From a bacterium (GTDB lineage: Bacteria; Patescibacteriota; Saccharimonadia; Saccharimonadales; AWTP1-31): a stretch of DNA of 52,011 bases. Positions within the stretch are counted from its first letter, which is position 1. The number at the start of each line of letters is the position of its first letter. Position numbers and translations under genes: made by a program. This document shows, one piece after another, positions 29,815 to 38,858 of this stretch. The notes beneath the pieces were generated by a model. That model was not told the origin of the DNA. It was given only the letters and a program-made list of their open reading frames with translations, and searched no databases. Location: contig JAUHZB010000006.1 of assembly GCA_030426125.1 (NCBI GenBank), forward strand, positions 1-52,011, read 5' to 3'.

Positions 29815-30108
29815 ACACCCTCTTTTCTTTATGTGACTTTGCGGACAGCTGTGCCTGTATCCATTTGTAGTTCTATGGAAATTTATTGTCAATTTATCAA
29901 AATGGTTAATAATAACCATCATAATTTTGAGAAAATGCTATCTATCAAGAAAAATGGTGCAATTATTACACTGAATTTTTTGTAGTAAAAAAATGTTAAT
30001 CAAATGATTTACAGTCAATTAAATGTTACACACACAAAACATTGAGTTATAATATAAAGTATTAAGACGAAAAGAGCCCCGAACGGTTAACTACCTAAGG
30101 CTCTCTTT

Positions 30109-30921
30109 TCATTTATGGACCTGCGGATTTCTTGCTGAACGAATAACATTATCGAACAAAGCACAAACTGTCAGTGGCCCTACTCCACCCTTAAGCGGAG
30201 TGATAGTAATGTCTGGAAGCTCACGGACGGTGTTATCAACGTCGCCGATCAGGCCATTGCTGTCAGTCGCAACACCAGCATCAACAATTACAGCGTCTTC
30301 TTTTATCATGTCTTTTGTTATCAATCCTGGTACTCCAGTAGCTGAGATAATGATATCGGCTGACTTGCATTGCTCGCTTAGATCTCCGCTTTTTTTATCA
30401 ACCACAGAAACATCTAGATCTGATGTTTTCAGTAATTTCAAAAGAGGCTTACCGACTAAGCGTCCATGGCCAACTATCACAATTTTCCTGCCTGGTAAGT
30501 TTATGTTATAGCCCGCTAATAGCCATGAAATAGCGAGCGGTGTAGGTGCATCAAATTTCGTCCCTACTCCGAGACCGTCAACATCTTTACTCTTATCTAC
30601 TAGATTAAGTACCTTGTCAGTCTGAGATCTATCTGGGAGTGGAATCTGGACAATTACTCCGTGCACTGATTGATCCTGATTTAATGACTTTATTCTATCC
30701 TCGGCCTCAGCTTGCTCTATAGTATGAACATCGACAGTAATACCAATATCTGATCCATACTTCTGCTTTAATTTCATATAGCTATCTACAACTGGATCTG
30801 GGTTAGTACGAATAATAGCCAGCTTTGGCGTGACTCCTTTAGATTGAACCAAGGAGCGCACTTCAGTGGCCTGACGTTGTTTGATATAGCCAGCTAAGCT
30901 ACTGCCATCTAATATTTTCAT
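30109..30921 (-). CDS. folD: bifunctional methylenetetrahydrofolate dehydrogenase/cyclohydrolase
   Basis: VHGVIVQIPLP, KDVDG, GRLVGKP, ADIIISATG, ITPLKGGVGPLT. Confidence 0.96.
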   Translation of the reverse strand: MKILDGSSLAGYIKQRQATEVRSLVQSKGVTPKLAIIRTNPDPVVDSYMKLKQKYGSDIGITVDVHTIEQAEAEDRIKSLNQDQSVHGVIVQIPLPDRSQTDKVLNLVDKSKDVDGLGVGTKFDAPTPLAISWLLAGYNINLPGRKIVIVGHGRLVGKPLLKLLKTSDLDVSVVDKKSGDLSEQCKSADIIISATGVPGLITKDMIKEDAVIVDAGVATDSNGLIGDVDNTVRELPDITITPLKGGVGPLTVCALFDNVIRSARNPQVHK

Positions 30922-30981
30922 ATCTGTTATTTAACCATACATATTCGGTCTACAGAAATAAATGGAATTCTTTAGCAACTA

Positions 30982-31629
30982 TTAGAGTATTTCTTTAAGC
31001 TTTCTAATATCTTGTATATAGATCAAAGACCTAGAGACACGGATCAAGCCTTTTTTCTCTAGCCCATTAAGTTCTCGCCCTGTCGTCTCCCTTGTCGCGT
31101 TTATCGAGCTGGCGATGTCTTGATGCCTAAGAGGGACGTCAATTACTATCTCATTATCTATAACGTGGCCGAATCTAGGTTCTAAAGAAAGGATAAAAGC
31201 CACCAGCCTTTCTCTTACTGTCCGATACTCCAGCCCGATTATTCTCTCCGAATGAACCCGGTACATTTCTACTGCCATATCTAGAATAGGTGCTAACAAC
31301 TCCGGATCAGCTTCAATATTCTTTAAAAAGTCTTTACGGCTGATCCGCCACAACACCACATCATTTAATACTTGGTAGATTACACTTCTCTCCTGGCCAG
31401 TGACCGCCCAAATAAGCGGGAATACTTCGTCTTGTTGCCTTATCACTAGTAAGTTCTCTTCGCCGTACTTAGTGATATCGAAAGCCTTGACGGTACCAGA
31501 TTCAATGTAGAAAACCGCGTTATTGTGCTCTCCGGGGCGAACAACATACTCCCCTTTAGAATAAGAAAGCCGATTACCTTTCTTGAAGATATCGACTAAT
31601 TTAGCATTTTGTTCTTTTGAGCCCAACAT
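30982..31629 (-). CDS. Crp/Fnr family transcriptional regulator
   Basis: Cyclic-nucleotide-binding barrel (FYIESG.VK), C-terminal HTH HQDIAS.INATRETTGR; start probably ATG 31629. Confidence 0.93.
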   Translation of the reverse strand: MLGSKEQNAKLVDIFKKGNRLSYSKGEYVVRPGEHNNAVFYIESGTVKAFDITKYGEENLLVIRQQDEVFPLIWAVTGQERSVIYQVLNDVVLWRISRKDFLKNIEADPELLAPILDMAVEMYRVHSERIIGLEYRTVRERLVAFILSLEPRFGHVIDNEIVIDVPLRHQDIASSINATRETTGRELNGLEKKGLIRVSRSLIYIQDIRKLKEIL

Positions 31630-31675
31630 GTATAGATTATACAATATTTTAAATAATCCTGCATCCGTATCGCAA

Positions 31676-31691
31676 AGTGAGGTTAATCACA
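31676..31691. promoter_or_regulatory. CRP/GlxR-type operator
   Basis: AGTGA-GGTTAA-TCACA, a 9/10 match to TGTGA-N6-TCACA, between the divergent crp and PH-domain genes. Confidence 0.7.
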
Positions 31692-31762
31692 TAGACTTGG
31701 TGATTATGTTAGCTGTCACCCTGCATGGCGCTATATATAGTAATAGTTGAGAGGAGGGAGAC

Positions 31763-32365
31763 ATGGTGAGAGCAATAACAGTTCAAAAACAATTAAAGGC
31801 AATTGGTGCTTCATTTCCGTTTTTTGGGAGACCGGAAATAGATGAGCTACCAAAAATTATGGTTGATGGCGAGGTAATTCAACATATAATCTTTGGGCGT
31901 TATGAGGGGGGTTATGCCGTTCTTTGTGCAACCAACTTCAGAATACTATTAATAGACAAAAAACTACTGTTTTTAACAGTTGAAGACGTCCGTTACGACA
32001 TGATAGCTGAACTAGATTATGGTCATCAGTTCTTAGGAGCCACCATTCACATCCGAAGCTTTAGTAAGGACTTAAAATTCCAGTGCTTCAATAAACAAAA
32101 ACTACGTGACTTCACTAGTTTTATTCAGCAAAGAGTTATGGAGCTCCGTCAACACCACATCCAGCCACTCAATCAAGAAGAATCTACTATGCCAATACCT
32201 ATTCAGACTTTTAACGAACCAGACAACCAACTAACCCCCCAACAAGCTGCTTCTTTAATCCCGCTAAACCGCGAAAAATGGCATAAGGCCAACCCGGTCC
32301 CAAAAGCAAACAATCCATACGTGCAATCTCCACTACTTACCAGAAAACGAGTCGGGCGCTACTAG
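31763..32365 (+). CDS. bacterial PH-domain protein
   Basis: E.I.....G.Y.GG..VL.ATN.RILLIDK pattern of bacterial PH (bPH_3-like) domains; GGAGGG SD. Confidence 0.8.
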   Translation: MVRAITVQKQLKAIGASFPFFGRPEIDELPKIMVDGEVIQHIIFGRYEGGYAVLCATNFRILLIDKKLLFLTVEDVRYDMIAELDYGHQFLGATIHIRSFSKDLKFQCFNKQKLRDFTSFIQQRVMELRQHHIQPLNQEESTMPIPIQTFNEPDNQLTPQQAASLIPLNREKWHKANPVPKANNPYVQSPLLTRKRVGRY

Positions 32366-32427
32366 ACTCAACAGAGGGCTAGCTAACAGATAGATTAGTT
32401 GTTATAATACATCCGTTGTAAATGCAA

Positions 32428-32502
32428 GCGGGTGTCGTACAACGGCTAGTATATGAGTTTTCCAAACTCAGGACGAGGGTTCGATTCCCTCCACCCGCAC
32501 CA
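32428..32502 (+). tRNA. tRNA-Gly (TCC)
   Basis: GCGGGTG acceptor, TGAGT-TT-TCC-AA-ACTCA anticodon arm, GGTTCGATTCC, CCA end. Confidence 0.97.
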
Positions 32503-32509
32503 AAAATAC

Positions 32510-32586
32510 GCCCCCGTAGCTCAGCTGGATAGAGCAGGAGACTTCTAAGCTCAAGGTCGCATGTTCGAATCATGCCGGGGGTACCA
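32510..32586 (+). tRNA. tRNA-Arg (TCT)
   Basis: GCCCCCG acceptor, TAGCTCAGCTGGATAGAGC D-arm, CT-TCT-AA loop, GTTCGAATC, CCA end. Confidence 0.93.
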
Positions 32587-32644
32587 ACAGCATCTTAAAT
32601 CTGAATATTTTCAATCCAACAACTGTAAAGTACAACCAACGAGC

Positions 32645-32872
32645 CTATTTAATGAGATCTATCTGCTTGGCTAAATCCCGATCTTTGTTGGTGACTTTTT
32701 TCTCTGAGTGAGTCGTTAAACTAACTTTAACTTTACCCCAGCTAAGCTCAATGTCTGGGTGATGGTTTACTAGCTCAGCTAACTCCCCTACTTTATTAAC
32801 AAAGCTAAGAGCCGATTTAAAATCTTTAAACGAAAATTCTTTAGTTAAACTGTTATTTTCTTCATTCCACAC
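32645..32872 (-). CDS. pterin-4-alpha-carbinolamine dehydratase
   Basis: F.F.DF..A..F, AE..NHHPDI, LTTH, VT.KD..LA. Confidence 0.93.
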   Translation of the reverse strand: MWNEENNSLTKEFSFKDFKSALSFVNKVGELAELVNHHPDIELSWGKVKVSLTTHSEKKVTNKDRDLAKQIDLIK

Positions 32873-32903
32873 AGCAAACTCCTATATACTCTTAAATTAA
32901 TAG

Positions 32904-33758
32904 TTACCCTACAGGATTGGCATACCGCCGACTGTATCTTATGTCTACTGCGTGAGATAGATCTCTTTGCATATTGGCGTGAAGCATCTCATTAAATTCA
33001 CCCGGGTCAGCAGTATCGGTAATTAGTGGCATCCCAAAAACCATATCGGCGTGTTTTGTGTCATAACCCAGGTCTTCATCCCCGATAAACAAACCAACAG
33101 ACAGAACCGCTACTCGCCTGTTGCCAATTAGTTCACTATGTATCTGTTGAAATCCAGACTTCAGTTCTCTAACTTTGTGATGGTGTTGTCCTTCTTGTAG
33201 TCTTTCACCCTCCGGGAAGCCAGCAACATCTAACCGATCCCGAACAGCTTTATTGACGCCAAGACGCCTAGATAATACTGAAGCCTCGACTCTGGCCTCA
33301 GCCAAGTCCTCACTAATTTCTTCACCATCCTTAGCGCGTACAACCGGGTAAGCTCCTAGTGCATCAATGGCATAACGTTGAGCTAAACCAACAATCCCCG
33401 GCTGATTAAATAACGATTGTTTGCCCATTATTGTAAAATTACCTCTCCGATTGCGCAGTGTGGGCACACGTTGGACTGCAGTGGCTAGGTTGTATTGATC
33501 AGTCTCACTTTTGGTATGATTAGATACCAATAAGAGCTGTGTACCGTCACGAACTTCAGCGTCAATCTGCTCCTCGGCACCTCTACCAAAAAATACATGA
33601 GGTCGAAAAATTTGTGATAACGCAAAATGAGCTACCTTGGCAAATGATTTATTAGGACCCCTATGATCATAATATTCAAAGACTTCGGGGTAATTTTCGA
33701 TTGAAACTTCGGGTCTGCTTGCTAAACGCTTCATTGCAAGGATTATACCAATATTCAC
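32904..33758 (-). CDS. PlsC-like lysophospholipid acyltransferase
   Basis: LLVSNH.....D, K.SLF, GAYPVVR, FPEG.R; start may be ATG 33734. Confidence 0.8.
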   Translation of the reverse strand: MNIGIILAMKRLASRPEVSIENYPEVFEYYDHRGPNKSFAKVAHFALSQIFRPHVFFGRGAEEQIDAEVRDGTQLLLVSNHTKSETDQYNLATAVQRVPTLRNRRGNFTIMGKQSLFNQPGIVGLAQRYAIDALGAYPVVRAKDGEEISEDLAEARVEASVLSRRLGVNKAVRDRLDVAGFPEGERLQEGQHHHKVRELKSGFQQIHSELIGNRRVAVLSVGLFIGDEDLGYDTKHADMVFGMPLITDTADPGEFNEMLHANMQRDLSHAVDIRYSRRYANPVG

Positions 33759-33827
33759 TGCCTACACCCAAAACCAAGACTCCTCTGTTGATACTTTAAC
33801 CCTTAACAGATATAATACAGAGGTTGT

Positions 33828-33905
33828 GGTGCCTATAGCTCAGCTGGTTAGAGCGTCGGGTTGTGGTTCCGAAGGCCGTGGGTTCAAGTCCCATTAGGCA
33901 CCCCA
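33828..33905 (+). tRNA. tRNA-His (GTG)
   Basis: G-1 then GTGCCTA acceptor, TCGGG-TT-GTG-GT-TCCGA arm, GGTTCAAGTCC, C discriminator plus CCA. Confidence 0.97.
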
Positions 33906-34048
33906 GATTATCTATTAGCATTTTTCCTTTTATTACATATCGCTTTTTTTAACATATATTTTTTCAGCTAACTTTCAATTAAACCTCCTACTATGTAGTT
34001 GTTGCTAGGATCCAGCAATACAACACAAACTAAAAAAGGAGGATAACT

Positions 34049-34537
34049 ATTAAAGAACTAATTAAACGAACTTTAATCATTGGTGGAGTCGCCTCTACTA
34101 TCGGTTTAGCCGGTATCGGTGGAGCAGGTATAGCCAGTGCCGCAACGCCTAGCGACAGCGAGAGCCTAGTAGATAAGATTGCCAGCACTTTTAATCTAGA
34201 TAAATCCGAGGTTCAACAGGTATTTACCGAGAATCGTGAAGCTAGACAGCAGGAGCGTCAAGCCAAACTTAGCGAGACCCTTGATCAAGCCGTAGAAGAC
34301 GGTAAAATATCCCAAGATCAAGCAGACAAACTACTCGCCAAAATGGAAGAACAACGTTCTGAGCGTCAAGCTAATAGAGAATCCAATAAGGATTTATCTA
34401 AAGAAGAAAGACGCGAACAACACCAAGCTAATCGTGAAGAATTTAAACAATGGTTAAGTGACAACGACATCCCGGAAGATATTCTTCCAGGACCTGGCGC
34501 TGGACACGGACACCATGGTCACGGAATGGGGGTATAG
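34049..34537 (+). CDS. secreted helical protein with Gly/His-rich tail; apparent ATT start
   Basis: Frame is open 98 codons upstream of the tracked ATG 34343; AAGGAGG SD at 34036-34042; signal peptide KELIKRTLIIGGVASTIGLAGIGGAGIASA. Confidence 0.8.
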   Translation: MKELIKRTLIIGGVASTIGLAGIGGAGIASAATPSDSESLVDKIASTFNLDKSEVQQVFTENREARQQERQAKLSETLDQAVEDGKISQDQADKLLAKMEEQRSERQANRESNKDLSKEERREQHQANREEFKQWLSDNDIPEDILPGPGAGHGHHGHGMGV

Positions 34538-34585
34538 CATAACAAATATTAAATAGATGCCTTAACAGCCAAATCGCATTACCGT

Positions 34586-34619
34586 CAGACTGCTGGAGAA
34601 ATCCGGCAGTCTGTTTTTT
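34586..34619 (+). terminator. intrinsic terminator
   Basis: CAGACTGCTGGA-GAAA-TCCGGCAGTCTG followed by TTTTTT. Confidence 0.9.
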
Positions 34620-34711
34620 GTTACCTACAACCATTTACTACTAATATAAGCTTGGACAGCTCTAATCTGTTATAATGTAAGCAAACAGTTAAGATAAATA
34701 AGGGGAGAATA

Positions 34712-36589
34712 GTGCTTAGAAAAGTGTCTAATTTTTTTACAGAATACAAACAATTTGGACTGGTTGTAATCAGCCTAATAGCCGCTGCTGGATTATACCT
34801 AGCTGGCCTATACACTGCAGCTAATTGGCTGCTAGCTATCGCAGCCCTACTAAATCTAATTCCACTAGTTTGGGGTATGATCCAAGATATTCGAGTTGGC
34901 ACTTATGGTGTAGATATTCTAGCGGCTACAGCCATACTGGCTGCCGTTCTCTACGGTGAATATCTAACAGCTATGGTTATAGTTCTAATGTTAACCGGTG
35001 GTGAATCTTTAGAAGATTACGCCGAAAAAAGAGCCCAGACTGAACTTACTGATCTACTCAAAAGGGCACCAACTAAAGCTCACCTACTTAAAGCAGGTAA
35101 ACAAAAAGATATTAAAGTTAGCGAAGTAAAAGTTAACGACAAGCTAATAATAAAGCCGGGAGAAGTTGTACCAGTTGACGCCATCATAATTAGTGGAACA
35201 ACTAGCCTTGATGAATCAAGTATCACTGGTGAAAGCTTACCAGTAACAAAAAATGAGAATGATCAAATCCTTAGCGGCTCAGTAAATATTGACGGTGTGC
35301 TAACCGTTAAGGCTACTCAAACTGCCAAAAACAGCCAGTACCAGCAAATAGTCCAACTGGTAAAAACAGCCACCGCTTCTAAGTCACCTTTCGTGAGAGT
35401 AGCCGACCGCTACAGCGTGCCTTTCACCCTATTTGCTTTTACTGTAGCTATAGGTGCTTGGGCTATATCTGGAGACAGTTTAAGGTTCCTGCAGGTATTA
35501 GTAGTAGCCACCCCCTGCCCGCTAATTTTAGCTGCACCTATTGCTCTTATCTCTGGGATGAGTCGTGCTGCTAAGAACGGAATTATTGCTAAGAAATCTT
35601 CAGCACTAGAGAAGTTGGCAGAAATAAAAACTATTGGTTTTGACAAAACTGGCACCTTAACTAAAGGTCAACCAGTGGTTAGTAAAATAACCAGCTATGG
35701 AAAGTATAAGAATGACGACATTATCCAATACGCAGCGACTCTAGAAAGCAAATCTAACCATATTCTAGCTAAAGCCATAACCGATGAAGCTACTAAACGA
35801 AACCTAAAAACCAAGAAGACTAAGCACATATCTGAACTAGCTGGCCTTGGCCTAAAAGCCAGTATTTCTGGACAGTCAGTCTTAGTTGGTCGATACAACC
35901 TACTAGAGCAAGAACATGTAAATTTTCCAGCTAAATTCAATCGATCTAGCATACAAAGTACTTCTGCCTTAGTAGCCATCAACGGACAACTAGCTGGTGT
36001 GATTAACTTCGAGGACGAAATACGCAGTGAGGCCAAGACAACGCTAAGACTTCTAAAAAACCTTGGTATAAAAAACTTACTCATGGTCACCGGCGATAAC
36101 AGTAAGACCGCTCAGAAAATAGCTAGCAAATTAGGAATTACAGATGTAGTCTCCGAAGCTCTACCAGCTGACAAAATTCGAGCTATTGAGGACGTCAAAC
36201 ATCCCCCAGTAGCCTTTGTTGGTGACGGAGTTAACGATGCACCGGTACTAGCTAGTGCTGACGTTGGTATTGCCCTAGGGGCCAAAGGTTCAACCGCAGC
36301 CAGCGAGTCAGCCGATGTTGTAATCATGGTTGATGATGTTAGTAAAGTGGAGTCAGCCGTCCATATATCCAAGCGGACGCTATACATTGCCAAGCAAAGT
36401 ATATTTATTGGTATTGGACTAAGCGTCGTTCTAATGGCCATCTTTGCTACTGGTAGATTCAAACCTGTGTATGGAGCTGCTCTTCAAGAAGTTGTAGATA
36501 TTGTAGTTATCTTAAACGCCCTCAGGGCTCATGGATCCTGGAAGAAACCGAAAATTAAAACGGCTAAACCACAGCCAGCTACTGCTTAA
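34712..36589 (+). CDS. heavy-metal P-type ATPase, P1B-5 subclass
   Basis: TGES, TPCP, DKTGT, GDGVND; QX4GX3SX3M and PX6QEX2DX5N membrane motifs. Confidence 0.93.
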   Translation: MLRKVSNFFTEYKQFGLVVISLIAAAGLYLAGLYTAANWLLAIAALLNLIPLVWGMIQDIRVGTYGVDILAATAILAAVLYGEYLTAMVIVLMLTGGESLEDYAEKRAQTELTDLLKRAPTKAHLLKAGKQKDIKVSEVKVNDKLIIKPGEVVPVDAIIISGTTSLDESSITGESLPVTKNENDQILSGSVNIDGVLTVKATQTAKNSQYQQIVQLVKTATASKSPFVRVADRYSVPFTLFAFTVAIGAWAISGDSLRFLQVLVVATPCPLILAAPIALISGMSRAAKNGIIAKKSSALEKLAEIKTIGFDKTGTLTKGQPVVSKITSYGKYKNDDIIQYAATLESKSNHILAKAITDEATKRNLKTKKTKHISELAGLGLKASISGQSVLVGRYNLLEQEHVNFPAKFNRSSIQSTSALVAINGQLAGVINFEDEIRSEAKTTLRLLKNLGIKNLLMVTGDNSKTAQKIASKLGITDVVSEALPADKIRAIEDVKHPPVAFVGDGVNDAPVLASADVGIALGAKGSTAASESADVVIMVDDVSKVESAVHISKRTLYIAKQSIFIGIGLSVVLMAIFATGRFKPVYGAALQEVVDIVVILNALRAHGSWKKPKIKTAKPQPATA

Positions 36590-37218
36590 GCGATAATATT
36601 TAGTAGATAAACTAAGGCAAGTGGCACCATCAAATTGTCGGTGCCATATACCCCGATACTTTCAATCAGGGTGGCAACGATGGGAATGAAGATAATATAA
36701 CTACCCAGACTAGGTAGTAAGTTTCCTGGCACCAAAATGGATAGCACAGCAAAAGAAGCCACCATAAAAACCAAACTACCCAGCCAACTCTTCGGTTGAC
36801 CTAAGATAGTGTAGCGGCTCTTTTTACCAAACTGACTACCGATTAGCCCCGCCAACCCATCGCATAGGCTCATGTGCAGTATGGCAATTGCAAAAATCCA
36901 AGGCTGGTCGGTCAGTGTAGCAGTCAGCCCAATACCAATGGCGTAAAGAATATCTCCCCAAGTAGCCCGCTTAATATCTATAATGGCATGGAAGATTTTT
37001 AGGTGGCGAGACAGCAACACTACTACTAGCAGAGCTGCACTAATTAACTGAATCTCACTAAAAGATATATAGAAGGGCCAAGTAGCTACATAACTACCAA
37101 TAACAATGTGTAGGCTTTTTCGAGCAGCCTCACCTCTTAATATCTTTGCTCTCCATAGAGCTTCGGAGGTGACTAGGGCAATAAATATAGGTAAAAGTGC
37201 AAGGCCAATCTTTAACAT
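36586..37218 (-). CDS. phytol/dolichol kinase-like (SEC59/DGK1/VTE5) CTP-dependent membrane kinase
   Basis: RKSLHI, CDGLAGLIG..FG, KSW.GS, E.......DNL.VP. Confidence 0.85.
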   Translation of the reverse strand: MLKIGLALLPIFIALVTSEALWRAKILRGEAARKSLHIVIGSYVATWPFYISFSEIQLISAALLVVVLLSRHLKIFHAIIDIKRATWGDILYAIGIGLTATLTDQPWIFAIAILHMSLCDGLAGLIGSQFGKKSRYTILGQPKSWLGSLVFMVASFAVLSILVPGNLLPSLGSYIIFIPIVATLIESIGVYGTDNLMVPLALVYLLNIIA

Positions 37219-37314
37219 ATACTCTATTGTATACCCTAGCCCCCACCTAGGCCAAAGGACAAATTCAAAATTACCTGTAAAGCATTAAACTATCTAACTA
37301 GTTCAATTGTAAAG

Positions 37315-37800
37315 CTATTGCTCTTCGCCAACGCTGTTGGTATTAAAGTCTACACCAACGTTGTATGCTTCCCAAGCTGCTTGCTCTGATTCACTAAGTT
37401 CACTGGCTGCAGTTGCTTGAGTCTTAACGTCTGATCGATTTATCTCAACAACCTGGCCAACTGTTAGACTAGGTGATCCAGCGTTTACAGTTAGATTGGT
37501 TTCAGCTGCAATAATTTGGGCTTCACTAAGGTTTACTTCATTTTCGATACCATAAATCTGGACTGCTTTTCTGGCCATCTGGGTATAGGTGTCGCCTGGT
37601 TGAGCTACAAAACGATATACTTCTTTGTCTTTTTCGTCTGAAGTTTCTTCCTTGGCTTGGTCATCAGATTCTTCCTTTTGTTCTGCTTGACCTTCCTCTG
37701 CCGCATGGGCCTGAGCTGGGTTACTAAGTATCATTGCTCCGCCGAATAATAGTGCAAAGGCTAGCAAAGCTGATGCACTAAAGGTTAATAGTTTTTTCAT
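37315..37800 (-). CDS. secreted protein with LysM-like segment
   Basis: Signal peptide ending AHA; YRFVAQPGDTY..MAR...L.VGQ.V.I pattern; AGGAGG SD. Confidence 0.7.
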   Translation of the reverse strand: MKKLLTFSASALLAFALLFGGAMILSNPAQAHAAEEGQAEQKEESDDQAKEETSDEKDKEVYRFVAQPGDTYTQMARKAVQIYGIENEVNLSEAQIIAAETNLTVNAGSPSLTVGQVVEINRSDVKTQATAASELSESEQAAWEAYNVGVDFNTNSVGEEQ

Positions 37801-38044
37801 TTACCCTCCTGATTTTGCCCACCACAATTATTAATATGTACTTAATATTTTACATAATAATTTGAATATAGCTAATGGTTTATGTTGTAATATGATTAAC
37901 AACCATAAGCTAGGCAAAAAAGTCAGATATCCAACAAATTAGATGTCATCCTTTAGCCAAAATATGAGTTCCCAAGCAGACTGCTACAAAGCCCCAAGTT
38001 TCATAAAATGAAACTAAGCTGGAAAGTCAGCAGAAGGGGGAAAT

Positions 38045-38191
38045 ATGGAGCTAGAAATAAATCGATCATTCCTTGAATCAAAAAGTAGGAATGAAATATT
38101 TTTATATAGATTCTACATGTCAATTGGCCAAGCTATCATGCAGCTAGCGTTAAGTAAAAAGAAAAATGCCCAAAGGCTAAAAAGCGCTTAA
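38045..38191 (+). CDS. possible 48-aa small basic protein
   Basis: AAGGGGG SD; MELEINRSFLESKSRNEIFLYRFYMSIGQAIMQLALSKKKNAQRLKSA; no homology recognised. Confidence 0.35.
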   Translation: MELEINRSFLESKSRNEIFLYRFYMSIGQAIMQLALSKKKNAQRLKSA

Positions 38192-38220
38192 AAAATATAC
38201 CTATGTACGGCTACTACTGG

Positions 38221-38751
38221 TTATTTTTCTGATGGATCAAATAACTGCCCTTGAGGGCTTCTAATTTCAACTATACACTCTCCGGCAGTGCCTGGGATCT
38301 GATCTTCGCTAACACCTGCCGATAGTCCACAATCTATCTTAGGGCAATAGTTACCACCTGGGAAGCCCTCACATGTATTCATTATCTCGCGATAAAGCAA
38401 TCTGCCCTCATCGACACTAGGAGCCTCATCAACGGCTTGAAAGGCTTGTCTTAAACAATAATCAGCCGCTTTACAGGAGCCAACGGTCTGCCTTTCACCT
38501 TCTTTAGTATCCTCAATGACAGCCGTGTTGCAATTACCCATAGAGCATGCAAGCACGTGTCTTGTCTGCCCCTTGTAATACCGCTCGTCTCGCATTTCCT
38601 CAATTAAGCTTCTTTGTTTGGCGGTTATCTCAGGGTCGTCAGATTAGTAGCCCATAACCCCAAGAAGACAAAATCTGCTGACTCTATCATTGCCGAATAT
38701 ATCACAATCCGCTGTGTACCTTGCAATGTTTTTATCTGCTTCTGGGCTCAT
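38221..38751 (-). pseudogene. Cys-rich hypothetical gene interrupted by one in-frame TAA
   Basis: GGAGA SD plus ATG 38751 is in frame with the 38221..38595 ORF; single TAA at 38644-38646. Confidence 0.6.
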
Positions 38752-38858
38752 GGTGTCTCCTGTAGATTAAATAGTTTTATCAGTTACTTATATACTAATT
38801 CTTATTTATCTATATCCTAATGACAAACGCAAGCATAAGCTTAGCACCAATTAACTAT

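Noticed and set aside
29815-29922. 36-codon extension of the peptide ORF
   Set aside because: A good SD precedes ATG 29814; the extension looks like AT-rich promoter/UTR sequence
32379-32573. 64-aa minus-strand ORF
   Set aside because: Antisense to tRNA-Gly and tRNA-Arg
38614-38820. 68-aa plus-strand ORF
   Set aside because: Antisense to the better-supported interrupted minus-strand gene
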